Shown here one piece after another: positions 26,631-53,145 of a stretch of DNA of 64,000 bases (positions are counted from its first letter, which is position 1; the number at the start of each line of letters is the position of its first letter). The translations under genes and the position numbers were made by a program. The notes beneath the pieces are model-generated. The model searched no databases, was not told the DNA's origin, and saw only the letters and a list, made by a program, of their open reading frames with translations. Location of the stretch: the NCBI GenBank assembly GCA_002269645.1, contig NIVC01000452.1, forward strand, positions 62,001-126,000, in the 5' to 3' direction. Origin of the DNA: Macrostomum lignano. Taxonomy: Eukaryota.

Positions 26631-29596
26631 ATGGACTTGGATATCATTTACCGACTGGAGCACCTGCTAGGAGCTGATGACGCCAATAATGCAACGTTGG
26701 CTGCGCGTGAGCACCTCGGCTTGTGGTTTGTGCGTCATTATCCGAGTAAGTTGTTTACGCAATTGTTACGCTGCAAATTGACATGCGCGCTCCGCGTTTT
26801 TTTGCATGTTGTCTTTATCCTTCATCCCGGACTTTGAGGGTAGTGCATGCAGCTTGTGTGCGTCATGCTTACAAACGCGGAACATCCTGATGGTCTTTCG
26901 ATAAGAGCTATGTACGAGCGCGTATAGTATTTATCTGATTTATTTTTCAAATTAAAGCAACGAGTATATCACTGACGAGCGTATACGTAATTTATCAGCA
27001 GTTTTCTATAGTCCTGTCACCAAATTACTGACATTCCTGTCGTCAAAACATATTTTCCAATTATTATTCAACCTTATTGCACCCATGGAGACACAGCTAT
27101 ACAAGTACACAGCAAGGTTCCTTTAGGTTGAAAATGATTTTTACATGTACATGTGACATGTAGCAAAAATCAGTTGTTATTATTACTGAGTTCATTTTAT
27201 CTCCGTTGGCAGTTTACGTAGTACTAATGTGCCTATCGGCCGTGCTTGGTACCTTCGGTAACATCCTGGTGATTTCAAGCGTGCTCACGGTTAAGGTTGG
27301 TAACTAATCGATTAATTTAAACGAAAAGCATTTGAAACCTTCTCTACATGTACCTTCTAATGCAGATCGGCGTAATCTTATAAATGTTTTATTTTGCAGA
27401 AGCTTCGCTCCGCGACTAACAATAAATTCATAATTAACCTGGCCTTCGCTGACGTCACAGTCACCGGCATGGTCATCCCGATGAATATTGTTGGTAAGTC
27501 TTTCCTAGTACTTAAACCCCAGAGCTTCATGCTTGCTGGCGAGAGCAGAAAAGATTTTCAGATTGCCATCTGGTTAACTTCTGTGCTAAGAATTTAAGTC
27601 GGTCAAAGTCAGCAGTTGTGAAATCAATAGCGCATTTGCGAATGGCCAAGACGGGAAAGGCTCAAGTAGACTTCGAACTGATTGAAAGCGACAATTGCAA
27701 GGAAGTTGAAGAACAGGTGACAGGATCGGGAAATAAAGGAAATGTTTTTAATGAGAACACTCTTGAAAACATCCGATTAAGCATGAAAGCAGGGCAGCCG
27801 TGTTAAATCGATGTGTCAATATTAATTTGGCTAAATCATTAGCTTTTGTCGGATTGAATTAGAGCATGGGCAAGGTCACAGTCTCATGACAGAACTCTCA
27901 GGAAAGTCTCAGGAAGATGTCCCACGGGTAAACACCTGTAAGCATGCAATAAACTTGCATAGGTAAACACCTTATCATAACGCTCCCAAGGACTACTAGA
28001 CTACATAAGGAAGTGTTCCTAGTGGTCCTTGAACGCTCCCTTTATGATTCCCAGTCTATTTCATCAAGAAAAATAATTACGTCAAACAGGCGTCTTCTAC
28101 GGTGAAGAGTTCTTCGCAGGCTTACCCGGCTTGTGCTCGACCATCGGCTTCTTCTGCCTGACCTCGTGTTTCTGCTCCCTGCTCAACATTGGCGCCATCG
28201 CGTTCAACCGCTACATCTGCATCTGCCGTAATGCTAGCTACGTGCGAATATTTAGCAATAGAAACACTAAAATAGCCTGCTTCTCATTGTGGATTTTCAG
28301 CGCGATTGCGGGTAAAATTGTGGATTTTTTGTGTCAAACTTCGACAACATGTAGCTGTGCTGAATTTTATGTGACAATTGTAGTGGACACTGGCCTTTTC
28401 AGTACAAAAAGTCAAATTAGTTTTACAGCGTAATGTATATGAGATTTTTATGATGTACATGGATGGAATAGAAACTATCAGCCTGGTGTCTAGGGGAATT
28501 CCAGCCTGGTATCGGGGGGAATTCCAGCCTAGTGATTGAGGGAATTCCAGCCTAGTGACTGAGGGGATTCAAGCCAAATGTCTGAGGGAATTCCAGCCCT
28601 GGTTTCTGAGGGAATTCCAGCCCTGGTTTCTGAGGGAATTCCAGCCCTGGTTTCTGAGGGAATTCCAGCCTGTCTAAGGGAATTCAAACCTAGTGTCTGA
28701 AAGAATTCCAGCCTAGTGTCTGAGGGAATTCCAGCCTAATGTCTGAGGGAATTCCAGCCTAATGTCTGAGGGAATTCCAGCCTGTTTTCTGAGGGGATTC
28801 TAGCCTTATGTCTGAGGGAATTCCAAGCTAGTGTCTGAGGGAATTCAAGTCTGTTGTCTGAGCAATTCTCTTGGGGACCATTTTCGATGGATCTCCTATT
28901 CGATTTGTAGTTTCTCCGAACTTTTTCGGCTGGGGCGCCTTCAGCTTCGACGACAAGCAGTTCGTGTGCGCGTACGACCGTCTCGCCGACTTCTCCTACA
29001 CACTGTTCTTCGCTGTGGTTGGGATCTACATCCCCCTGCTGGTCATTGGCGTGTCCTACGCCAGAATCTACCTGTTTGTGCGCAGATCGCGCCAGCGCCT
29101 CTCATCTTCATCAGCTTCGCAATCCACTTCGAGCTCCGGCCTCTTTAATTCAACGTCTACCACTGGACACCGCAGGCTCCGCCGTGAACTGGTCATGCTC
29201 CGAACTTTCTTTGTCGTGTTCGTGACCTACGCATTCTGCTGGATTCCCTACGCAACCATCGTGGTCACTGACGTGTCCAACAGTTTCCCAGTGCAGGTGC
29301 ACGCGTTTGCTGTGCTGCTGTGCCACTCTAATTCCTCGTTTAATTGCATTATCTACGGCCTCTTTAATCGGCAGTTTCGAGACGCTTATCTCAGTATAAT
29401 CTGCAGTAGGGGTGTTCGGGTCGGCCATTTTTTCGGGGTTCGGGGTTTACCCCGAACCCGGTACCCATACCCCGAACCCCGAACCCCGTCCCGAACATTT
29501 CTTCCAACCCCGAACCCCGAACCCGGTACCAAAACCCGACCCGACCCCGAACGTAACCCCGAACATTTTCACGCTTATTTTGGTCAATCATTTTAA
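26631..29596 (+). CDS. Class A GPCR, melatonin-receptor/Tre1-Moody-like (NRY motif); present allele 399 aa with a transposon-derived C-tail
   Basis: Exons 26631-26745, 27213-27295, 27400-27493, 28090-28311, 28911-29596; phases 1,0,1,1. Motifs: N-glycan site NAT, TM1 GN, TM2 NLAFAD, TM3 AFNRYICIC, TM6 FCWIP, TM7 NSSFNCIIY, helix 8 NRQFRDAY. Confidence 0.88.
28480..28855. repeat. ~22-bp minisatellite (GTCTGAGGGAATTCCAGCCTA), GPCR intron 4
   Basis: Direct tandem repeats. Confidence 0.93.
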
Positions 29597-30685
29597 TAAA
29601 TTAATACACTTTTTCCACCGATAAAGGTACAATATTCATTTGTACTTCACTTCAATTGTAAGCCTTTTGGGCGCGACGTTAGCTCATGAATGACTTGGGA
29701 CAAACACAGGTTTATATTTGTTGTATAAGTGTAAATGGTATACTTCTTGCAATGGGATTGGGATTGAGATGGAAGGAATACCAAGACCCAAGATCTAATT
29801 AGTAAGATACATGAAAGTTCACAACTAAAATCAGGACCATTTCGTACCTATACTTACAACGAAATTGCTTTCATAGTAATATTACATCTATGAGTTTATT
29901 TAAGCTGCAAAAATAGAGTACAATAAAATTAGATTATACCCTGTAGTGTAGATATCAGTAGAGATAGAACTAGAGCGATAAAGAGATAGCACAGATAAAA
30001 CAAAGATACAATGAAACAGGAGAGTTAATCACAAATATATATTTATTTTTACTTTTGACTACAGTTAACAGTAAGTCAGTAGTTGTATAACAGAATTGCT
30101 ATGTAAAAACTAAAGTGACGTCTTTACATAAAATTGTATGCTGATATGAGTAGGTAATCATTGTGATAATTGATTATTGGCGACTGATGCGTGGAGAATA
30201 ATAGTGTATTTATAAATTTTAAGCTTCCTCATCCAATCCAGAAGTTCATTCCATGTTACACGTAGCACATGTAAAATTAATACTGAACGTAATTTTTTAA
30301 ATCATCAACTGCAAGACTGAATGGGTCGAAAAACGACAATCGTTATTTACCAGAAAGTGTAAATGAATCCATGGTTCTATCTGCTATTTTCGTTTCAAAT
30401 TGTATGTAAAATATAACTTAAGTTGTACCTGAAACTCAATGCATATCTTTCGCATTGTGGATTTTGCATAAGGAGTAAAAAGTGCTTGAAAATACTCTTG
30501 AGAATGATAATTGTTCAAAACCCCGAAAACTCCGAAAACCCGGTGGCCAAACCCGACCCGAACCCCGAACCCGGTACCCCTACCCCGAACCCCGAACCCG
30601 ACCCGGAACACCTACCCCGAACCCCGAACCCGGTACCAAAACCCGACCCGAAACCCGACCCGACCCCGAACCCCGAACACCCCTA
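29407..30685. mobile_element. Non-autonomous hAT element (1279 bp) inserted in the GPCR coding exon
   Basis: Perfect 14-bp TIRs TAGGGGTGTTCGGG ... CCCGAACACCCCTA; perfect 8-bp TSD ATCTGCAG (29399-29406, 30686-30693); subterminal CCCCGAA/CCCGA motif clusters at both ends; AT-rich interior with no transposase ORF seen. Confidence 0.92.
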
Positions 30686-30693
30686 ATCTGCAG

Positions 30694-30951
30694 GCTGCGC
30701 TGCTCTGGTAAGTTCAGAATCTTTGAGTCAGCTGCATGCACTAGTAGTGAGTGCCTCTGAGTCCTCATCGGCAAACTCACTTCATCAAACCAATCCTTCC
30801 AGTCGACAGGCCTCGCCAAGCCGGTCGCGTGATGGCCAACAACCGCCATGGTGGCGCCGCTTCTTCGGCCAACGATGACAACACGGGCTTGCTGGAAATG
30901 CGCAGGGTTGACGGACAGGTCGGAACTAACAGCGACTCGCGCGACTCATGA
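30694..30951 (+). CDS. Displaced original 3' coding end of the GPCR
   Basis: After removing the element and one TSD, the frame continues IIC-RLRCS, then GTAAGT donor (30708), TTCCAG acceptor (30802) in phase 1, then VDRPRQAG...NSDSRDS* (30803-30951). Reconstructed protein is 390 aa. Confidence 0.7.
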
Positions 30952-31039
30952 GTGCCGATTTCTGTCGACAATTGTTTTGACAATTGACTGTGACGTCGAC
31001 CGCACTTTGACTGAAGAAAGTACAAGTGCGCTCGTGTTG

Positions 31040-31345
31040 GGGCTCGTGTGTGCACGAAGTTCGTCCGGAAGGTTTTCGTGCGATTCACAGCCATGAGGAC
31101 CAACCCCCAAGGCGCACAGAGTGTACATGCCTGGTGATTAGACAGTCAGGACCGCTGTACACCCTGTGTGAGCGTGTGCATGAGTGCTGTGCCTGCGTAC
31201 AGTATTGGCGCGCTTGTATTGTGCTCAGGAGCCAGCGGAATGGGCAGAATTGCCGTCAGCGCTGGTTGTTAGACGATTTTGCCAAAGGCATTGCGCGAGG
31301 GTGCCCGCAGCCCTCTTGTAAATATTATTAATATTATTATTAACG
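31040..31345 (+). mobile_element. Dispersed SINE-like repeat (second family), 5'-truncated, AT-repeat tail
   Basis: 31093-31197 aligns by eye with 58229-58329 (+), 51949-52030 (-) and 2372-2420 (+); ends in AATATTATTAATATTATTAT. Confidence 0.65.
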
Positions 31346-31646
31346 TGTGTGTAGCAGTGTGTGTGCATCGACTTATTCGAGACTGAATGGCGTTCCATTG
31401 AGCAACTATTGACGATCCTAGAAGGGAAACTAAAGTAACAGTCCTTGTAATCCTAAAGAACAGTAAATACTCTATTATATATGTTTATGACATCACCTAT
31501 TTGTTTAAGTTTTTGTCCTGCGGGCTGCGCCCACTAAATCGTTCACGAATACACACACTTATTCACCCTGATACGCTGCTAGGATGGATAAAATGGCAAT
31601 TTTTCGCTTTTGGCATATTTCTTTGAAACTGCACATTGACACTGCA

Positions 31647-31648
<2 letters not shown>

Positions 31649-31736
<88 letters not shown>
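31649..31736. repeat. (CT)n microsatellite
   Basis: Perfect dinucleotide run. Confidence 0.98.
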
Positions 31737-31738
<2 letters not shown>

Positions 31739-32529
31739 GTGGCAAAAACTTTCTGGCAAAGGCTAAAACTTCATTTTCTCCCCACCCCCTCACTCTCGTG
31801 TTTCTCCTTTCTCTGTCCTGTCAAATGTTGTGCAAGAGAAGGCATGCAGCTTGAAGAACAAAAGACCGCTTGAAATAGTTGGGGCTGGTTGGACTTTTTT
31901 ATTAGCTAAGGCAAGCTCTCCAAACAGCTCAAAACCATTTATTATTTTTTTTATATTTTTCAAACCACGAAAGGTGAAGCTGAAGCAGAACTCAAGCTGT
32001 GGCTTCTGTTTCGCAAGCTTTTCGAGCCGGCAGGTAGCAGGACGGCTAAGAAGGCAACATTTTAAACCGTACACCAACATTCATTATTCATGTACGACCA
32101 GCTGCTGTGTAATGTTTACTGTCTCAACCTCTGCTGTTAGCATTAGAATAATAAGTAGTCAATTACTTTAAGTATAAAGCAGGCTATAAAGCTTTCGAGT
32201 TAAGAATGAAAGTACAAATCGTCTTTCTGATCTGATACAGTCACGTGACATCTGGCTCCAGCATCCAACTCCCCTAAGCGTCGCCTGACATAAGACTCAG
32301 TCAAAAATGAATTTATAGACTTGGGGTTAATGATGCACAGCTTAAATACTTGTGCCCTCGCAGTGCTGGCGGTACTTTATAAACAAAATTGAACAGGCAA
32401 AGTTGCCCAGCTCCATAAAAGACAGTCAATGCGCATTTTGAAAGTTTTCTATCTCACTACCCTCCTTTCAATTTGACAATGCCTGGGGTGGCGCAGACTA
32501 CTTAGTGGCAGGAGTTTGTTGAGATATCT

Positions 32530-32870
<341 letters not shown>

Positions 32871-33317
32871 CCGGCTATTCCATGGCCTGAGCACACTCTC
32901 TTCGCACGGCACAGCCCGGCCGCATGCAAGCATATTTCAATGCGTGGGTGAAGCTGCCTCAGCTGCAGGCTTCATTTTTCTGTGCCCAACGAATCCACCC
33001 GCACCTCCCCCTCTTCGATAATAAGCTGGGACAGCTGAGCTCTTCCTTCGCCATCCATTTTAGTCGCAGGATTGCGGCGGCCCGCCTTGGTATTGTGACA
33101 CGCCCTCCACCCCAGCCTCCACTCTAGCAGATGCAGCTACGCCCAGCGCTATTGCCGAGCGCAGCACAATAGAAAATTTAAACGCAGTGGACAGGAAGGC
33201 GTGGTGAGCCCACCGCGCAGGCAGTGCTGCCCTCTCGGGCCCACCCATTCGCCCGCTGCAGCCGCCCGAACTCAGAGTTGGTTTCGGGGGGGGGCAGCTG
33301 CTCAGAAAGATAGATAG

Positions 33318-35194
33318 ATGGAGAGCCAGAGCCTCAGGCAGGCAGGTTCAGAGACTCCCCGCCCGGCTTTGGCTAGCGAAAGCAAATCGAAAAGCCAGAT
33401 GTCGTCCTCGCAGGCCAGCTCAACCGTCGAGCGGAAGAAGATTCTGCGCGCCCGTGTAAAAGTTTGGGGCCGACTCACCCTGCGCCCGGAGGAGGTGTTC
33501 AACGTTGACAAGGCGGAGCAGGTCATTCACAGAGCGTTGGACGGCAAGCACAATGTGCAAACCTCCGTCAAGCTGTACAATGAAGGCCTGCGCATTGGCG
33601 ACAAAGGCGTCCTGGCCACTCTGGCCGCCGAGTTTATCCCATACATCAGCGTCTCGGCCTTCATCTCACTGCGGGAGACGCCAACCCTGCTGGCTCTGTG
33701 CAACAAACTTGGGAATAAATCCAACGTGACGGTACTGCAGTTCAAAGACGTCGCCGCTCTGGAAGCTGTTTGCAACGTCATCGACCGCCAGCGCCACCTC
33801 ATGGCCAAGGGCAGCGGCGCCGCCACGCCCAGCCATCCGGCCAGCTCCCTGAGCCGCTCAGAGGCGCCGGTCCAGCAGCAGCGACAGCAGCCGAAGCTGC
33901 AGCAGCCACCGCCGGCTGTTATAGTTACGGAGGTCAAAGACGAAGCACTGGAGGAGAGCACTGCGACTGAGGCGTCACCGTCAACCAGCGCGAAGATCAC
34001 CGCCACAACTACGACTTCGAAGAGTGTCACTCAGCCAGAAGACGTGTCGGTTGTGGTTGCCAGCAGCAGCGGCAGCAGCGGTGACGGCGGCAGAGTTGAG
34101 CTTTTCGAGAAGCGACCGTTCGCCACCGACATCACGCAGCCGCCGTCGAGTGCCGCGGTCACCGCCGTTGTCCACTCGCCGCTGGCGCCGTCGAACTCGG
34201 AGACGAAAATCGTTACTGTCGAGGACGAAGAAGACTTCCGCACCAGCATCGTGTTCGGCGAGGAAGTGCGCTCACTGGAGGGTCCCGCCAATGAGACAGT
34301 CGTGACTGAGTCTTCGGAGCGGCAGCAGCGCATGGAGGCGTTGCTGCAGCAGCGCTCCAACGGTCACGCAGTAAGCGAAACCACCAGCAAGCGGTCGTCA
34401 AACGGCCCGATCGAGACCGTCATTCTCAACTACGACGAAGTGGACACCGAGGGCACCCACGCCGTGTTCGACACGCCAGACGGGCCGCCGATTCAGCTGA
34501 ACGAGAGCGCGGACAATGTTCGTTTGAGACGACCGCAGAGCTTGCTGGTGAGCAGCCCCTGAGCTACTAGCTGAATTGAGAGTTGAATGAATTGAATTGA
34601 GACTGACGTATGAGTAGTAAAAAAGATGATGTAGGCTTAAATACTCATTGTTGGCCTATACTGATTGAGTCCGAGTCTCAAAATCATCATGGCTCTGGTA
34701 TGATAATCGCTATGGTAGGCCTTACATAAACATCAATGATAAGACAGTTTTGCATTAATCAAACTAAAATGCAGGTGACAGCCAGCAGCAGCTCGAACTC
34801 CGGCAGCGCCAAGCAGACCAGCGCCAGTCGCTGCGTGGTCACCAGCTTTAGCAGCGGCCGTTCGGACAGCCCGTCGGACGGTCAAAGCGTCCACCTGCGC
34901 TCCTCGCCGAATGCTGATCGGTCCTTCCGGACATCAACCGTGATTTACCGGGACTCGCTGGACAGTCCGAACGAACGGCCGAGGGTCACCTACATGTCCG
35001 GCGGCCAGCAGCAGCGGGTGGTATACGCTGGTGCGCCAAGCCCGCAGCAGCAGCAGCAGCAGCTGGTGAGGCTGGTGCCGGTCGGCTCAGCCAGGCGCAA
35101 GGTTGTACAGACGCGCCATCAGCCGCAGTTGTACACTATTCAGCCGGTGGCAGCTAGCGGCAGGGAGAACGGCGTCTACCCGAACGCTAAATAA
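33318..35194 (+). CDS. Uncharacterised protein (~549 aa): ~115-aa globular, possibly PH/PTB-like domain plus a long disordered S/T/Q/E-rich tail
   Basis: Exons 33318-34547 and 34775-35194; CTG|GTGAGC donor and ATGCAG|GTG acceptor join two long ORFs in phase 0; GC-rich coding composition. The start could instead be the later Met (MSSSQ). Confidence 0.75.
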
Positions 35195-36980
35195 GCCCGA
35201 GCTAAATATAAGCCTTGATGACGGTTTTGAGAAAGAAATGCTCAGAATTTTATGATTTCAGTAATTTAGAACCTCCATTTTTATTGCTTGATGTGCGCGT
35301 GGGCGTTAGTATTGAGTCAGTGTTTAGAACTCTACTAGTACTTACTAGTAAGTACATTACGGGTAGGCTGCAAGAGTCGCTCGGCCCAAGAACTTCTTAA
35401 ACGCTGGCCACACCTCACAGCGATTGCTCAGCTTCTAATAAAAATCCCAATTATTTTTATGTCTGAGATCTTAGGGAAGCCCCGACAACCTGTTCACGAC
35501 TCAGCCTTGAGTCGTAATCCTTTGCCAGCGCATATGAGCGGCAGTCATTCTAATTTTCGATTCGTCTTCAGCCGAGGATCGAATCGCTTGCGAGTTCAAA
35601 TCAATTAACCAACCGCTTTTGCGTGCAAGCTTTGACAACGCACCGGACTACACTCGTAGGAATTGTTTTCGAAGCCCTTACTCTGTCAATATTTACTGCG
35701 ATGATTCTCCCCGCCTCCTGCGTCATCATGTTTTTCCCCTATTCAAAAACATATCATCTTCAATTCAATGCGCTCGCTGTAATTTATGCGCTGGTTAGAT
35801 TAAATAGGGCCTTGTTTATTCTTGAGTGTACTCATTCCAATTATTAATTTATGACTATTTTACCGGTAGACTAAAGCGTGCAACTCAAATAGAGGATTTC
35901 GGCCGGTTGCACCTTTGTCTACTTAATTCTGACTGTTGTTTTCATTACAATTGTTTTTATTTTTAAATTGTCTCTATTCCTCCAAAAAATCGTTTTAAAA
36001 AAGCCATCTTGTTTTCAATTTGGTGCCGAAAATGTCCAGCTAAGTACTTTTAAACCCGAGAGTTGCGCGAGTAAAAATAATTACCATTCTATTTGGTTTG
36101 TTTTCGAGCTGTATTGTTTTTGGTATAAGGACACTACTGCTGTACTGTGTGATAAAATAAACTATTTTATTCAACTGTTTTGCTGCCACCCTACTATAAT
36201 TAGTTAATGGTTAGTTTTATTTTTTGATTTGATTGATTTTCATCTACTTTTAGGCGAGGCCAAGTAGTTGAGTTACGCCCAGCTTTGCAAACCCTAAAGT
36301 GCACGAACGTCTAAACTACTACTTAAAGTAGACGCTTTCAAATTCTAATATTATGAGACGCTCCTCTCGTGGGCGCGAATTGCCCGACCAACAAGCCTCA
36401 GAACAGGTTAATTTTCGAACACAAAATACCCCAGTTTCATGCATCTGGCCGAACGTGGAATCGAGCTCAGGTACCGTGCGTACTCGTATTCCATAAAAGA
36501 TAATATTTTAACAAAAATAAAATTTCAAACTCGTTTTGTTAAATTCACTACTCTACACGCTAATAAGCGACACAAAGATGCCATATAGATATTTTTATTT
36601 TTATTCATTTCCAGTCCGAATTTTAGTGTAAGAATTCTACAAATTAAAATAAGATTTGAGGAGCCAGTTAACAAGCATTGGGATAAAAAATTGACCCTTT
36701 GATGTATATGGCATGGAGCAGTTATCAAGGCTCCTTCACATAGTGCTTGGATCTAGTTTGAACGGATGTAATTAATAATTAATGATGAAGCCTGGGAAAG
36801 GTAGAGAAAAAATATGTACAGAGGGACAGATTAATAGATTATCAGTGTTTAGGAATGCGAATCACCCATCGACATGTTTTGTTACACTCAAATGTATCAC
36901 TGCGGACACACAGGACATGTTCTGTAGTATTGGCTAGATGACAGGCTAGGTCAGTTATATCGGCTTGGCCGATTGTTTGT

Positions 36981-37310
36981 CTACTTTCAGTTCAGTAGTA
37001 AGGAAGCATATGTAAGTTAATTTATAAAAAGAACGGCAGCTGGAGTGACTTCCAGCCGGTAAACGGCTTGCTATTGGCGCAGCCGTTAATGTACATTAAC
37101 CAGCACCGCTGAGAATGTACATGGCAGGCAGCTTTAGGTTGGAACTGCGAGAAAGACAAGTAAAAATTGGGCGGCGGGCCGGGGGGGTAGAGGTTTGGTG
37201 GGTAAAGGCGCGGGGGGTTACGAGGCTAAAGAAGGGGGGCCAATAAACGAGTCCTGTCATAAAATATATTAAAATGCTTTTTATTTTACTTTCTACTGAA
37301 CTGAAAGTAG
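36981..37310. mobile_element. Putative MITE (330 bp)
   Basis: Perfect 18-bp inverted repeat CTACTTTCAGTTCAGTAG (36981-36998) / CTACTGAACTGAAAGTAG (37293-37310); no external TSD, possible TA duplication within the repeat. Confidence 0.5.
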
Positions 37311-38829
37311 CTTATACGCAATGTGCACCGATTTTTGTCCGCCCATCTAGTAAGATATGATGGCATCTGAGATTTTCAAGGTCCTCAGGATGTTAAAACG
37401 ATGTTAATAAGACATATACTATCCCTTGGCTCCTCGATTTTGGGCGCAATAGCAAACATGTCAAAGGAGGTGGGAATTTATTCCTTGGTATTTTTCCTCA
37501 GCTTAGCATGGTGATAAAACGTGTTAAATGACAGGAACCATAATAAATGAAGCAGTTTTTTCGCCAAGTACATGAACATTGAGAATTTTTTGAACAATTA
37601 AAAGCCCTGAATACTCATATAATGATTAATTTGAGCTCTTTAGTATCTAATAAGCTAGCTATAATTCCAAGATGTATACTACAATAATGACGCTATTCAT
37701 CATGTAGTAATTTACTACTGTCATAAATAAAACTAAACATCGCATGAAAATCAGTGCAGTAGTGGTGTGACTGGCAAGATAACTATTTAAAACGGTTACT
37801 TAATGGGAGAAAAACAAGCAGGCTACAGGGAATTCTGTGTCGAAGGGGGAATAAACCAGCGCGTGTCTGAATACAGTTTTGCGCTATTTTCGGAACGAAT
37901 GCTGAGCTAGACAGATAAACACAGAGAGAGATAGAGACAGGTTAATGATAAATATGCTGCTTTCAATTAAATGAATGATGGCACAGAAAATGCATTCGTA
38001 CTACTTACTGGTAGTAGAACGGGTGCCCGCGTGAAACAAGCAGAGAAGAACTGGTCACGGATTTGTATATAGTGCTTCGGAATTTTCTGGCTTGCAGAAA
38101 TTGAAATTCAAAAGATAAAATCGAGTTTTTATAGTGCAAAAAAACTGGTGCCCGCAATAATGCGAATGGGCTTGACTAGATGTTACTATCTATAACAATC
38201 AATAGATCAATCACAAAGATAGGATGCATTCTCTGCGCATGGACAGCTGCAGAAAAGGAAAAAATATTCATCATCGACATAAAATATCGATGGCTTACAA
38301 CAAACTAGAATAATAGCTCGTATAAATTGGTATTGCAAGAATCAGCTGGAGTTAATCACAAGCGCGCAAGTTCTTATAAGTACCAAAATCACTCGCTGCA
38401 GCCAATGCGCTCGGGTGCGAGGGGCTGACACGAACGCGAGCCAATGTGGGTGCAATATTAGCAATAACAGGTGATACACTGTCTAAACAAAAAAGTGAAA
38501 TAGAATAATATATCCGCTTTTAAAAATGCCCGTCTCTACTAACGAAAAATAGTAGACTGAGCTGCATGAAAGTAAAACCCACAAAAATTGTAAAAAAAAT
38601 ATTACAGCAAAATATTGCAAAGGACACGACCAAAGTCCATAAAAAAAGCATAAAAACACGGAACTGTAGCTGACGGACAGCCCGAGCCTAGCTAACTAAT
38701 ATGATCGATTAGAAAAGAACAAATCGTTTTAAAATTTAAAATTCTGGTGTAAGTTGGGCATTTGGATTGTTAGTTCCCCATCAAAAAGCGCCTCGTTAAA
38801 AAGTGACCTGACCGTAGCAACACCACTGG

Positions 38830-39115
38830 GACTGAGCCATATAAAGCATCGACCACCCCACTGCGCCTGAGCCATATAAAGCATCGACCACCCCACTGCG
38901 CCTGAGCCATATAAAGCACCCACCACCCCACTACGCCTGAGCTATATAAAGCACCCACCACCCCACTACGCCTGAGCCATATAAAGCACCCACCACCCCA
39001 CTACGCCTGAGCCATATAAAGCACCCACCACCCCACTACGCCTGAGCCATATAAAGCATCGACCACCCCACTACGCCTGAGCCATATAAAGCACCAGCCA
39101 CCCCACTGCGCCTAA
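38830..39115. repeat. 35-bp minisatellite (GCCTGAGCCATATAAAGCACCCACCACCCCACTAC)
   Basis: Period 35; just 3' of the SLC4 stop codon. Confidence 0.93.
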
Positions 39116-39283
39116 TGATACAAAGCCCTCACCACTCCGGTCGATAATACCGGTCAACAAGGAGGAAAAATAGAAGAAAAGGAATTTAGTTCCAATCGAC
39201 GATCAAAAGGAAATAAAAAATTAATCAAAGCCTATTATTGAAAAAGTAAATAACTTCTACAACTCAAAAGTTGATTGAATTTC

Positions 39284-53145
<13,862 letters not shown>

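Noticed and set aside
29407-30685. Telomere-like (CCCGAA)n tracts
   Set aside because: They are irregular subterminal motifs inside a TIR/TSD-bounded hAT element.
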